Assembly (NCBI GenBank): GCA_910588245.1
Contig: CAJUQP010000008.1
Coordinates: forward strand, 56,706-88,705
Origin: an uncultured Muribaculaceae bacterium
GTDB lineage: Bacteria; Bacteroidota; Bacteroidia; Bacteroidales; Muribaculaceae
Length of the DNA stretch: 32,000 nucleotides
Reading direction: 5' to 3'
Both the position numbers and the translations under genes were made by a program. Of this stretch, positions 6,869 to 23,395 are shown piece by piece (the first letter of the stretch is position 1; the number at the start of each line of letters is the position of its first letter). The notes under the pieces are model-generated. The model was not told the origin of the DNA. It searched no databases and saw only the letters and a program-made list of their open reading frames with translations.

Positions 6869-8799
6869 CCACCCCCTCCGTATTCCTGATAGAGCATGAT
6901 CAGATGGGAGGCGCTCCAGCTGAAATGGGGAGCCTTGAGACGCTCACCGGTATGGGTGCCGTAGTTCTCATGGATCGGGGCTCCCTCCTTCAAGCCATCA
7001 AGACGGTCGAACACCTGACGCGTATAGGCGTCGGCAAGATCGTCATGGCCGTAATTGCGCAGTCCGCTGATGGCGAAATAGGTCTGGTCGAGCCATATCG
7101 GGCCTCTCCAGTAGCCGCGGGGATTATACTTCGGGTTGTCGGCAGCGATGGTCGGGAAAGGTATATAAGTGGAAAATTTCGTGGTGTCCTGCAGCACAGG
7201 CATCATTGCCTCCACCTGCTCAGGCTTCGCGAGACCGGTCCAGAGCATAGTGTACGCCTCGCAGCCGGGATCGCCCACAGAGCGGCGGTCGCCAAGATGG
7301 CGGTCGAAGAAGAATTTACGCTCCGGATCAAAGAAATAGTCGGCTATGCGATCCGTTTGGTCAGGGGCGTCAAACCTCTCCCCTAATATGGCGGCGAATT
7401 TCTTAAGATAGCGGCATTCATTGGCAAGATAGGCGTTGAGGTCAACGCTCTCCTGATCCATGCTCCAGGCATCTTTCTCCTCATTGTTGGGGAGCATCGT
7501 CACATCGTCGAACCGGATAGCGTTGTCCATGCCGCTCTCCCATGCGGCAGCCTCGAGCGTGCCGTCGACAGATCCATATTCGCATATGCCGTTGGCGTCA
7601 TGGTCGCGTTTGGCATACCACCACTTGTAATAGGCCAGAAGTTGCGGATACATCTCTGCGAGAAACTCCCTGTCGGCCGTAGCCTCCCATATCTTGTCGA
7701 CAGCCCAGCACACCAGCGGGGGTTTGGAATCGCGCGCGTTGTTCTCGGCAGGATCGGTATATATGCAGTCTATCACCATTCCGTCGGGTTGCTGGTAATC
7801 AAACATCGCCCGGATATTATTCTTGGCGAGCTCCGGATCGAAAGCCGCCGCGCCCGCTGAGAACCGCCAGCTGTCCCAGGCCCAGAGGCCCACGAAATAT
7901 CCCACGGCGTGACTCGGGATGATACCGTCGTGGAGAAGGCCGCCGCGTGCCACCCGGTGGTTTGAGACCAGAGTGGTGATCGCCTTCACCGCTATACGGT
8001 CATATTCGTCGGGCATGTCGTCGCGAAGCGTCTTGCGCAGATAATCCTCCCAGCGCCGTCCGTTTTCGGCAAGTGCCGAAGCAGGATCGCTGAGTATGGA
8101 GTCTATCCTCTCCGCGCTCGCGTCGTAGTCCTCCCTGTCAGCGAAGAAACTTATCACGACATGATCTGAATCCCTGACAGGGGTGCGGGCCACATAATTG
8201 CCGGCGTCGACCTTTATCTCCGTCTCCGGAGCAAAAGTGAGAGCCACTATCTCGCCGGAAGGATGGGAGGCCAGCACAGTGTTGCCCACCTGCTCCAACG
8301 AAATCTCAGGGGCCCACTCCAGACCGGTGTAGCTCAACCCCTTCCCCGTGGTGTTCTCCACGCTCAGCAGCGCTGAAGAGGCATCTATAAAGTTGAGCCT
8401 CTGCCCTATGCGGCCGTTGCCGAAAGCGGAACCTATGTGAAGTTCTCCGGGATAATAGCACACGGAGTCGGGACTCCCCTTCCCGCCATCGGCAGGAGTG
8501 ACGGTGACAGCCGACTTGGCCATCCACTGACGGCGGTTCATGTCGAGGCTGAACGGGCCGCAGAAGCCGTCGGTCCATGCCGCGCGCTCCGGAGAGGTGA
8601 ATCCGAACCAGGCCCCCGCGTCGGTAAACCATCCTGTGCACCGGTGAAGGGTGTCGGGGGTGTAGGATATGTCGAAAATATCAGGAAATCCGTATCTGAT
8701 GTTCTCGGAAGCGGAGGCCCGCACACAAGAGATCGTGGCGGCGCCCCCGGCTCCGAAAAGCAAAGCAATGAGTATGAAGAATAGTGTGTTGCGTCTCAT
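6844..8799 (-). CDS. GH63-like (YgjK / MGH1 / trehalase-superfamily) (alpha/alpha)6 glycosidase, high-GC copy
   Basis: Motifs resemble E. coli YgjK: VGLWAWDSWRF, KPPLVCWAV, and RDHDANGICEYGS...AAAWESGMDNAIRFDD. The protein has a signal peptide and possibly a lipobox (AATISC). The ORF-track start at 8805 is TTG; I prefer ATG 8799 (MRRNTLFF). Confidence 0.82.
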   Translation of the reverse strand: MRRNTLFFILIALLFGAGGAATISCVRASASENIRYGFPDIFDISYTPDTLHRCTGWFTDAGAWFGFTSPERAAWTDGFCGPFSLDMNRRQWMAKSAVTVTPADGGKGSPDSVCYYPGELHIGSAFGNGRIGQRLNFIDASSALLSVENTTGKGLSYTGLEWAPEISLEQVGNTVLASHPSGEIVALTFAPETEIKVDAGNYVARTPVRDSDHVVISFFADREDYDASAERIDSILSDPASALAENGRRWEDYLRKTLRDDMPDEYDRIAVKAITTLVSNHRVARGGLLHDGIIPSHAVGYFVGLWAWDSWRFSAGAAAFDPELAKNNIRAMFDYQQPDGMVIDCIYTDPAENNARDSKPPLVCWAVDKIWEATADREFLAEMYPQLLAYYKWWYAKRDHDANGICEYGSVDGTLEAAAWESGMDNAIRFDDVTMLPNNEEKDAWSMDQESVDLNAYLANECRYLKKFAAILGERFDAPDQTDRIADYFFDPERKFFFDRHLGDRRSVGDPGCEAYTMLWTGLAKPEQVEAMMPVLQDTTKFSTYIPFPTIAADNPKYNPRGYWRGPIWLDQTYFAISGLRNYGHDDLADAYTRQVFDRLDGLKEGAPIHENYGTHTGERLKAPHFSWSASHLIMLYQEYGGGGKVKALIL

Positions 8800-8845
8800 A
8801 ATCAAAGTTATTGTCTTGTTGTTCTATGATGCCTGACGCCGGATG

Positions 8846-12049
<3,204 letters not shown>

Positions 12050-12073
12050 TCAGCCTCCTCAATACGGCAGAGG

Positions 12074-12679
12074 TCAAGCCAGGCTGCAGAAGAACGTCAC
12101 CAGGAAGGGGACGCTGAAATCCACCACAAATCCATGATAGATCGAGAGGATGACAAATTCCTTGCCGGAGACATTGGTGATGATAGGCAGCGTAGTGTCC
12201 ATAGATGTGGCGCCTCCCGAGCTTATGGGTGCCAGAGGGCCGAAGAAGCGGGCAAGCAACGGCGCCCCGAGCAGAGTGATGATCTCACGCGCTATGTTGG
12301 CGAGCAGGGCTACCGTGCCGAGCTCCGCGCCGCGATATTCGGTGATGAATATGCTCGACAGGGAGTAATAGCCGAATCCGCTTCCCACGGCGAGCACATC
12401 CGTGATATGACGCCAGGGCATCAGCAACGCTATGAGGCAACATCCGGCGAGGGTGCCGACAATGGTGACGACGGGAAGCAGCAGGAGCCTCGGATGGAGG
12501 GTGCGGAGCCCCTTGAGGGCCCCGAGATCGTTGCCGACTCCTATGCCTACGCAGAGCATCAGGCATGCAAGTGCCACGAAACTTATGTCGAACCCGAACT
12601 GGTCGATATGGATCCAGTCCATACCTCCGGCTATGACACCGAGGATGAAGAATCCGACTATGATCATGCTCCCCTTCAT
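12074..12679 (-). CDS. LysO/YbjE (DUF340) family exporter, large C-terminal-type subunit (~201 aa)
   Basis: GSGFGYYSLSSIFITE...NIAREIITLL...GGATSMDTTLPII...YHGFVVDFSVPFLVTFF matches my recollection of the C-terminal two-thirds of E. coli YbjE. I prefer ATG 12679 (MKGSMIIVG), which overlaps the upstream stop as ATGA (tcat at 12676..12679 on +). The ORF-track start at 12718 is GTG. Confidence 0.85.
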   Translation of the reverse strand: MKGSMIIVGFFILGVIAGGMDWIHIDQFGFDISFVALACLMLCVGIGVGNDLGALKGLRTLHPRLLLLPVVTIVGTLAGCCLIALLMPWRHITDVLAVGSGFGYYSLSSIFITEYRGAELGTVALLANIAREIITLLGAPLLARFFGPLAPISSGGATSMDTTLPIITNVSGKEFVILSIYHGFVVDFSVPFLVTFFCSLA

Positions 12680-12957
12680 TTCCTTGCGGCCTCCCTGCCG
12701 CTGCGCGCCCGGCGCCACAGGAAGAGAGCCAGAAGCGCGCTCCCGGCCACTCCTCCTGCCGCCACAGCTATGGCCTCAAGGCCAAGTGAGGCTATTCCTC
12801 TGATTATCCTCTCATCGCCTCCGACTTCCACTCCCAGCAAAAAGAGAAGCACCCAGATAAGGAAATTCGTCACTTTCCCGAGATATGTCAGCTTCCTGCG
12901 GCGCAGCAGCCATCCTATGGCGATGCCCGAAGCCATGATAAGAATAATCTTGAACAT
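12676..12957 (-). CDS. LysO/YbjE (DUF340) family exporter, small N-terminal-type subunit (93 aa)
   Basis: Three predicted TM helices. MFKIILIMASGIAIGWLL...FLIWVLLFLLGVEVG resembles the YbjE N-terminus. The two parts total 93 + 201 aa, close to the ~299 aa of single-chain YbjE. Coupled to the next gene by an ATGA overlap. Confidence 0.8.
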   Translation of the reverse strand: MFKIILIMASGIAIGWLLRRRKLTYLGKVTNFLIWVLLFLLGVEVGGDERIIRGIASLGLEAIAVAAGGVAGSALLALFLWRRARSGREAARK

Positions 12958-12997
12958 ATTGATGTCTTAGTTTAAATTGATAAAAAAATATAATCTA

Positions 12998-16252
<3,255 letters not shown>

Positions 16253-16260
16253 TCATCTTT

Positions 16261-18264
16261 TTAATCTTCATGGAGCATCTTGATAATGCATGCAGAACTC
16301 CATCCAAAATTAGGAGAATTGAGTGTTTCTCCTGTAAGGGGATTGTAATTCTCATGTATCGGGCCATCAGTGGTGAGACCCTGTGCATTGTCGATAAATT
16401 TCTCCGTCAGGAAGTCTGCCTCCTTATCATATCCATAATTGCGCAGACCTTTGATTCCGAAATACACCTGGTCGACCCACACCGGACCTCTCCAGTAACC
16501 ACGGGTTGGACGAAGACGAGGATGGCTCACCTCAAGCGTTCCCAACGGAAGAGTGGAATTGAACTTGGAAGGATCCATCATCTTATCCTTCACCTTTCTT
16601 GCCTGTTCTTCCGTAGCGATTCCGGCCCATAGCGGCAGCCAGCATTCAGCACCCATTACCTTTACAGGCTCACCGGTGCCAATCCTTGTATCGTAGAAGA
16701 ATCCTGTTTCCTCATCCCACATCTTAGTCTGGACAAACTTCTTTATTTTCTCCATATCCTTCCTTAACTCTTTTGCCAGAGCCGGTTTTCCAAGAATATC
16801 GGCCATTTCAGCCAACAGGGATTTCTCCATATGCAGGAATGAATTCAAGCAGATATTCTCCTGATTCATCGACCATGCATTCTCACCATTTTTCAACATT
16901 ACGGCATCATCGAAACGCACCCCATTATCCATACCGCTTTCCCAGCATGCAGCCAGGAGTGTGCCATCGGTAGAACCATATTCACATATACCGTTGTGAT
17001 CATGGTCTCTTTCCGCATACCACCATTTATGGAACTTATATATTTTTGGGAAAACTTCTTCAAGGAATTTCTTATCGCCCGTCTTCTTATATACATTCAT
17101 GGCTCCCCATGCTGATACAGGGGGTTTGGTATCACGCCAGTTGTTCCGTTTTTTATTATATCCTATGAAATCAGGCACCATGCCATTGTCTGCCTGATAA
17201 TCGAAAAGGGTGATTATGTCATTCTTAGCTATATCCTCATTAAAAAAGACATTCCCCGAAGCGATTTTCCATGAATCCCATGACCATATGCCATTAATGA
17301 ATCCGTTGTAAGACGGATTGCTCCCTCCTGTAAGGATATCGCCGGCAGGAGTGCGATAGTTACTGTTAAGGGTCATCATGGCTTTCACCAATACCTTCCG
17401 GTATTTATTGTCGGAAAGATATTTGCTGTTGCCGGTCAGGAGTTTGGCAATACGTGCGTTCCACTCTTTTTCATTATCGGCGAAACACTTGTCGATGTCA
17501 AACCCTTTGAGCGATGCCAATTCCTGCCCGAGGTTTTCTCCTTTAAGCATCAGAGTCTCCGTAATAGCAGATTCATATGTCTCGCCGGGTTTTAGAGTCA
17601 ATCCTTTCTTTTCCACCACGCGTAAGCTGTCGTTGCCATTTGCCTCAACCTTGTCTGCGGTAATAAATCTTACCGCTGTGCTGACAGAATCTGTAGGACG
17701 CAGGAATGAGATTCCCTTATCCACTGGTGTTGACACTGATTTTTTGTCGTGTACTCCCCCGATCCAGTCAAAATCAATCTCAACGGGTTTGTCGCCTACA
17801 TTCTTCACAATCGAACGTATAGCAGCCGAACGTGGAGTCACATAGCAAAATTCTGTGGTGAAATTAAGATTCTCATCATTATACTCCTGTTTCAGTTTGC
17901 CCGGAAGATATTGGGTTGTCTGCACGTTACGGACCATATTGTAGCGAGTGCCATTCACTTTCAGTTGTGGCTCTGCCAACGCATTGGCAATCCAGCCTCT
18001 ACCCGTCATGACCATCGGGCCCATAAAGGCTCCGGCATATTTAACGTTTTCTTTATCGGGTAAGGAATATGCCATCCAGGCTCCTTTGTCAGCGAATACA
18101 AAAGCATCCCAGTCGACAGGGCCGGCAGGAGTATTTTTAATATTTATAAGATTGCTGAAGTCCTCTTGTTTTGTCAACAAAGGTTCCGTAGCGTATACCG
18201 CTGCAAGTCCGGAAGACATGAGTATGAGGGAGAGAGCGAATTTTGAAAATCCAGATATTTTCAT
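16261..18264 (-). CDS. GH63-like (YgjK / MGH1 / trehalase-superfamily) (alpha/alpha)6 glycosidase, low-GC copy
   Basis: Motifs GIWSWDSWKI, KPPVSAWGA and RDHDHNGICEYGS...AACWESGMDNGVRFDD. Roughly 55% identical to 6844..8799 in the core by eye. I prefer ATG 18264 (MKISGFSKFALSLILMSSGLAA); the ORF-track start at 18270 is GTG. Confidence 0.82.
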   Translation of the reverse strand: MKISGFSKFALSLILMSSGLAAVYATEPLLTKQEDFSNLINIKNTPAGPVDWDAFVFADKGAWMAYSLPDKENVKYAGAFMGPMVMTGRGWIANALAEPQLKVNGTRYNMVRNVQTTQYLPGKLKQEYNDENLNFTTEFCYVTPRSAAIRSIVKNVGDKPVEIDFDWIGGVHDKKSVSTPVDKGISFLRPTDSVSTAVRFITADKVEANGNDSLRVVEKKGLTLKPGETYESAITETLMLKGENLGQELASLKGFDIDKCFADNEKEWNARIAKLLTGNSKYLSDNKYRKVLVKAMMTLNSNYRTPAGDILTGGSNPSYNGFINGIWSWDSWKIASGNVFFNEDIAKNDIITLFDYQADNGMVPDFIGYNKKRNNWRDTKPPVSAWGAMNVYKKTGDKKFLEEVFPKIYKFHKWWYAERDHDHNGICEYGSTDGTLLAACWESGMDNGVRFDDAVMLKNGENAWSMNQENICLNSFLHMEKSLLAEMADILGKPALAKELRKDMEKIKKFVQTKMWDEETGFFYDTRIGTGEPVKVMGAECWLPLWAGIATEEQARKVKDKMMDPSKFNSTLPLGTLEVSHPRLRPTRGYWRGPVWVDQVYFGIKGLRNYGYDKEADFLTEKFIDNAQGLTTDGPIHENYNPLTGETLNSPNFGWSSACIIKMLHED

Positions 18265-18283
18265 ATTCACATATTTTTAAGAT

Positions 18284-18342
18284 TCAGGTGGCTAACCGAC
18301 TATTGCAATTAAATTGAACAATCATGCCGATTGGCCACCTGA
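18284..18342 (-). other. 9-bp perfect inverted repeat with a 41-nt spacer between the SusD-like gene and the GH63-like gene (intra-operon stem-loop candidate)
   Basis: tcaggtggc (18284..18292) pairs with gccacctga (18334..18342). It lies within the 93-nt susD-to-GH intergenic region. Confidence 0.4.
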
Positions 18343-18363
18343 GACGGAAATATTTAACTAATA

Positions 18364-19899
18364 TTATTTTGTATATCCCTCATTCTGAACCCAATCAGGA
18401 TTCATCAGGAATTCATCATGCGGAATTGCCAGGCGGATATGCTTGGTTTCAAGGAAATTGTTTGCGAAAGGCTTCTCATGATCAATGAGGGCCTGTTTAA
18501 TTATACCCCAGCGGATGAGATCATACCAACGGGAACCCTCAAGAGCAAGTTCGCATGGGCGCTCAATATCCTGGAGATGCTTCAATACCTCATCTTTTGT
18601 CATCGTATCAGGAATAGGCACAGCATTTACACGGTTACGTACTTGATTGATATATCGGATAGCCTCACCGGTGTTGCCTTCGTTATTCAAACATTCGGCA
18701 TAGAGCAACAGGATATCGGCATAGCGGATAAGAGGCACGTTGAAACCTGAGTTATCCCAGTAATCTCCCAATGATGGATCATATGTGACATATTTTCTCC
18801 AATAGATGCTGCCAGGTTGATGATAGTCGCTAAACGAGGCGCCTTCATCATAATAGAACGGACGGGACTTGGGATCGTCGAAAATAATTGTCTGATACAG
18901 ACGGTCGGTGTATTCACCGTCAGCTGTCACATCTTTCTTCATGGTTTCGAAAAGCCAGTTGGACGGATAGGCTTCCTCATATGCGCCGCAACCGCTGTCA
19001 GGGCCCAGGTGCACTGTGAAGAGGTTGTATTCATAGTGTCCGCCATCGAAAAATCCGGTGAACTGTACTTCCAACACAGATTCCTTATTATTTTTATGCA
19101 GCCCGTCGAAATTATCACCATAGTTTTCCATCAATCCATAACGATTGCTGTTGATGACTTTTGCAAACTCGGTCTTGGCCTTCTCCTCCTCTCCGATAAA
19201 CATATAGTATTTACCAAGAAGTGCAGCAGCTGTGTATTTCGTAGCCCTACCGGCCATGCTGCTATCCCATGATTCGGGGAGATCACTCTGACACTCGCTG
19301 AGTTCTGTCTCGATAAATTTCTTCAAGACACCGGCCTCCACCTGTGGGGGATAAAACTCTTCATCGGTGCCTACGATTTCATGAAGAAACATCGGCACGC
19401 GCTCTCCGTAGTTTATGAAAATACGATAGTAGTAGAACGCTCTCAGGAAACGCGCCTCAGCTATACCTCGTGCCTTTATATCCTTGATGCCTGCATTTCC
19501 TTCCTCAGGAACATCTCCGATATGGTCAAGACACTGGTTGCAGTAATTGATACTGGTGTAAAGATTTCTCCACTCCGTACGCCCAACCGAGTTTGTCGAC
19601 TCATTGTTGTACATGGCCAGTTGCATCCACGATCCTACATCAGGACGGTAATCCAGTTCGTCACTGCGATAGTTGTCGATCACTATATATCGCTCGAAGG
19701 GAATAGCCCACGAAATTGTAGGCTGCAGACCCGCATATGCGGCCGTCAGTCCTTTGAATATGTCACCTTCGCTTTTCCAGAAAATGCTCGGGGAAAGCGC
19801 ATTGGGGTTGCGATCCTCATCAAGATAGCTCCCGGTGCAGGAAGCCAGCAGCGTGCTGCCAACGAGTGAGGCAAATATAAAAATATTTTTTAATTTCAT
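18364..19899 (-). CDS. SusD/RagB-family nutrient-binding outer-membrane lipoprotein
   Basis: Lipobox MKLKNIFIFASLVGSTLLASC. SusD-type motifs: RAFYYYRIFINYG, PLIRYADILLLYAECLNNEGN and ELALEGSRWYDLIRWG. It lies 21 nt downstream of the SusC-like gene. Confidence 0.92.
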   Translation of the reverse strand: MKLKNIFIFASLVGSTLLASCTGSYLDEDRNPNALSPSIFWKSEGDIFKGLTAAYAGLQPTISWAIPFERYIVIDNYRSDELDYRPDVGSWMQLAMYNNESTNSVGRTEWRNLYTSINYCNQCLDHIGDVPEEGNAGIKDIKARGIAEARFLRAFYYYRIFINYGERVPMFLHEIVGTDEEFYPPQVEAGVLKKFIETELSECQSDLPESWDSSMAGRATKYTAAALLGKYYMFIGEEEKAKTEFAKVINSNRYGLMENYGDNFDGLHKNNKESVLEVQFTGFFDGGHYEYNLFTVHLGPDSGCGAYEEAYPSNWLFETMKKDVTADGEYTDRLYQTIIFDDPKSRPFYYDEGASFSDYHQPGSIYWRKYVTYDPSLGDYWDNSGFNVPLIRYADILLLYAECLNNEGNTGEAIRYINQVRNRVNAVPIPDTMTKDEVLKHLQDIERPCELALEGSRWYDLIRWGIIKQALIDHEKPFANNFLETKHIRLAIPHDEFLMNPDWVQNEGYTK

Positions 19900-19920
19900 G
19901 ATTGCTTGATTTTAAAGATT

Positions 19921-22900
19921 TTAAAAACCGAATTTCAGACCTGCCATAAATGTGCGGCTCAACGGCGATGATGCGTAGTCGTAACCCATTCTGTCGATGC
20001 CTCCGTTGGTGGAAGGATCGTAGCCTTTGTATCCGGTGATTGTGAATATACGTGTGCCTCCAATATATACCCTGCAATTATTTAGGCCGATCTTGTTGCA
20101 TATTTTGGAAGGAAGATTATAGCCAATCTGCAGGTTGTTGAGACGGAAGAAGTCACCTCGCTCTATAAAGCGGTCGGAAGTACGGATATTTCCGTTGGGG
20201 TCGCCATAGACGGCACGCGGGATGTCAGTATTTGGATGTTCGGGAGTCCAGGCACGGAGAGCGTTTCTACCATAATTGAATTTAGTATCCATACGCTCGA
20301 GCTGATACTTGGTGTAGTTGTAACGATCTACTCCGAGATCACCATAGAAGTTTGCAAGGAGATCGAAGTTCTTATATCTCAGGTTGACATTCAATGCGAT
20401 CGAAGCCTTGGGACATCCGTTGCCAAGAAGCTTTTTGTCATTGCTGTCAAGCATTCCGTCGCCATTCTGATCCACGAAACGGAAATCGCCGGGAGCGGCA
20501 TTCGGCTGCATAGGAATCCAGTTGCCCTGGCTGTCGGTATATCCGTTCGAACGTTTCCACTCAGCAGCCTCGGCCTCATTCTGAATAATTCCCGCCGTCT
20601 CATATGCCCAGAACTCACCGAAATAACCGCCCACGTAAGTACGGGAAGCGCCATACTCATACATGTAGTTGGGATCAGCCATAGCCACAAGCTTACTCTT
20701 GTAGTGAGAAAGGTTGAACGTCAGATCATACTGGAAATCATTCCAGGCATTTCCATGATAGATCAACTGCATTTCCAGGCCGGTGGTGCGGAGTTTTCCA
20801 TCGTTGACCGTCAGAGCTCCATAGCCGGTGGAGAGACTTATATTCTTTGATGAAAGCATGTCTTTCGTATCCTTGATATATCCCTCTATCGAGAATTCCA
20901 GCTTGTTGTTCCAGAGGCTGAGATCGATACCGATATTCTTGTAATATGTCGTTTCCCATTTGATAAATCTTGAAGGAAGACTTCTCACGGCATATCCCTG
21001 GCTTACGTTCCTGCCGTCGAAAGGATAGTTGATATTATCTTCATTCGATGAAAGAGTCGGGATGTAGAGATAGAGAGGCACAGACTGGTTACCGAGAGCT
21101 CCATAGCTGGCTCTAAGCTTGAACGAGCTGACATGCTCTCTCATATTTTCCCAGAAAGGTTCGTTAGCGATATTCCAACCCGCCGAGAACGAAGGGAAGA
21201 AACCCCAATGATTACCCTCTGCGAAACGGGATGAACCGTCATATCGGAAAGAAGCCATAAACAGGTAGCGCATATTCCAGTTATAGTTCACACGTCCGAA
21301 GAATGAACGCATACGGCTACGTGTCTTTGATCCCTCCACTGAATAGTCCTTGCGGGCCTGATCAAGCACTCCCATATCGTTATTCTCGAATTCAGATCCT
21401 GAAGCACCCAAGATCTTATATCTGCGCTGCTCCTGCGACGCACCGAGGAGGAAATCAAACTCATGCTGCTTAAACCCAAGATTGTAGGTTGCGGTAAGCT
21501 CAAGCAAATCGTTTACCGTGCGCGTATTGGATTCTGACAACGATGCGCTTTCATTCCATTTCATCGCACCGAGTTCATAAGTAGGTCTGAACAGACGGCT
21601 CTCGCCGAATCTCAGGTCGCGACTTGCCTGGCCTTTGATCATAAGCCCTTTTATAGGCTCATATATAAGATATACAGATCCCTTGATATAGTCATTGCTT
21701 CCGTTGTTCTGCACAAGATTGTTGAAGCCAACCATATTTGCAGCATCGCTCATGTTCATTCCGGGGATTGCACCACCGTAACCACCATCACAGGAGTCGT
21801 CATAAAGACGTGCGATAGGTTCGATATTAGTTACCTGATAAATACCGGGGAAACCGGAATTGGCTTCCATCTCAGCATCCCAGTGTCCATAGTTCACTGA
21901 TTCTCCGACTTTGAATTTACCGGTCTTCATATCAGAGTTCAAACGGAAACCGTATCTCTGATCGCCAGTGCCGACGATTATGGCATCGCTCTTCGAATAG
22001 AAAGCGGATACGGCAACATTAGAGATATCATTGCCTGCGGTATAGCCGACATTATATTTCTGCGTAAATCCCGTACGATAATATTCATCTTGCCAGTCAG
22101 TGTCGCCAAACTGGGAAGGATCCTTATCATAAGCCGCGATATATGCCGGCCAGCTACTGGGATTCTGTCCGGCATTCGTACGCGCCATTTTAGCAACACT
22201 GATAAATTCAGCCGCATTACACATATCGAGCTTCTTTGCTATACGATCCATGCCCCAATATGCGGAAACACTGATTTTCGGTTTAGCCTTCGCACCACGA
22301 TAAGTCTCAATAAGGATAACACCGGCTGCAGCTCGCGATCCGTAGATAGCCGCTGTGGCAGCATCTTTTAATACAGACATTGACTTGATATCCTCAGGAT
22401 TAAGATAGCTCATGTCTCCGGGCACTCCGTCAATAATTACTAACGGCGAGTTATCCGTACCATATGTGGTGACACCTCGAACCTGCAACGACGGAGATGA
22501 GCCTGCAGCACCACTTGCAAAATTCACATTCAGACCTGGTGCCATACCTTGAAGCGCAGCCTCAGCACTTGATGTCGGGAGATTATTAATCTTATCTCCG
22601 GATACCGAACTTACAGATCCTGACACATTCGAACGTTTCTGAGTGCCATAACCTATCACAACCACTTCATCAAGGCTCTCAGTGTTTTCTTTCAACTCAA
22701 TTGTAAGTTCCTTGCGACCGCCAACTGCTATTTGCTGTGTGGCATACCCTATGTAAGAAACTACTATTGTAGCGTTGGCCGGGACTTTCAGCTGGAAATC
22801 TCCATTTATGTCAGTTGCCACTCCATTGTTTGTCCCTTTTTGAATCACGCTCGCTCCGATGACAGCTTCGCCATTCTGATCAATCACATGACCCTTAAGC

Positions 22901-22995
22901 ATTAGATCCTGCGCACTTATGCCAAAAGGCAGAATCAAGCATAGAATCAGGAAAAGCTTCATCACCTTTTCTCGGTAATCTTTTCTTTCATTCAT
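19921..22995 (-). CDS. SusC/RagA-family TonB-dependent outer-membrane transporter
   Basis: An N-terminal carboxypeptidase-regulatory-like domain (GHVIDQNGEAVIGASVIQKGTNNGVATDINGDFQLKV) is followed by a plug (DEVVVIGYGTQKRSNVSGSV) and a long barrel ending LKFGF. I see no STN/anti-sigma signalling extension. An alternative start is ATG 22962 (MKLFLILC). Confidence 0.93.
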   Translation of the reverse strand: MNERKDYREKVMKLFLILCLILPFGISAQDLMLKGHVIDQNGEAVIGASVIQKGTNNGVATDINGDFQLKVPANATIVVSYIGYATQQIAVGGRKELTIELKENTESLDEVVVIGYGTQKRSNVSGSVSSVSGDKINNLPTSSAEAALQGMAPGLNVNFASGAAGSSPSLQVRGVTTYGTDNSPLVIIDGVPGDMSYLNPEDIKSMSVLKDAATAAIYGSRAAAGVILIETYRGAKAKPKISVSAYWGMDRIAKKLDMCNAAEFISVAKMARTNAGQNPSSWPAYIAAYDKDPSQFGDTDWQDEYYRTGFTQKYNVGYTAGNDISNVAVSAFYSKSDAIIVGTGDQRYGFRLNSDMKTGKFKVGESVNYGHWDAEMEANSGFPGIYQVTNIEPIARLYDDSCDGGYGGAIPGMNMSDAANMVGFNNLVQNNGSNDYIKGSVYLIYEPIKGLMIKGQASRDLRFGESRLFRPTYELGAMKWNESASLSESNTRTVNDLLELTATYNLGFKQHEFDFLLGASQEQRRYKILGASGSEFENNDMGVLDQARKDYSVEGSKTRSRMRSFFGRVNYNWNMRYLFMASFRYDGSSRFAEGNHWGFFPSFSAGWNIANEPFWENMREHVSSFKLRASYGALGNQSVPLYLYIPTLSSNEDNINYPFDGRNVSQGYAVRSLPSRFIKWETTYYKNIGIDLSLWNNKLEFSIEGYIKDTKDMLSSKNISLSTGYGALTVNDGKLRTTGLEMQLIYHGNAWNDFQYDLTFNLSHYKSKLVAMADPNYMYEYGASRTYVGGYFGEFWAYETAGIIQNEAEAAEWKRSNGYTDSQGNWIPMQPNAAPGDFRFVDQNGDGMLDSNDKKLLGNGCPKASIALNVNLRYKNFDLLANFYGDLGVDRYNYTKYQLERMDTKFNYGRNALRAWTPEHPNTDIPRAVYGDPNGNIRTSDRFIERGDFFRLNNLQIGYNLPSKICNKIGLNNCRVYIGGTRIFTITGYKGYDPSTNGGIDRMGYDYASSPLSRTFMAGLKFGF

Positions 22996-23091
22996 GATGT
23001 TAATTTTTTTAAGGTTTGGAATTATTTTCCCAGCGCTAAATTAGATTATATGCTCTCCCCTGTCAAATAACAATGTTCTACCGACTATCTA

Positions 23092-23099
23092 CAAAAATA
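23092..23099 (-). promoter_or_regulatory. Candidate Bacteroides -7 box (TATTTTTG) upstream of the SusC-like gene
   Basis: The + strand reads caaaaata, which is TAnnTTTG on the minus strand. It lies ~97 nt upstream of ATG 22995. This is a motif match only. Confidence 0.3.
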
Positions 23100-23395
23100 G
23101 GATTTCAGGCCTTGAAACACCTACAATACTTTATAAACATTATTGATTTTAAATAAATTACCTATCTATATATATCTACAAGAATGTATAATCAGAGTTG
23201 CCGCCATTAGCAGTTTTAAATTATTTGAATTCTTATAATTTCATTCGTTTGCATGACACTTTAGCGTGTAATCAGCGTGTAATCGTCATTTGTCATTATC
23301 GGTAGTGTCATTGCCGAAGACGCCTCTCTCGAAGCCGCTCCTAAGCCATTTACATGCACAACACAGAGACACCTTTCAAAGAAGCAAAGATAAAA

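Noticed and set aside
12958-12997. Direct repeats or att-like sites bounding the low-GC block (compared with 23000..23260)
   Set aside because: Only low-complexity similarity is present (tttaaatt-type strings). No convincing duplicated target site, tRNA fragment or terminal inverted repeat was found by eye.
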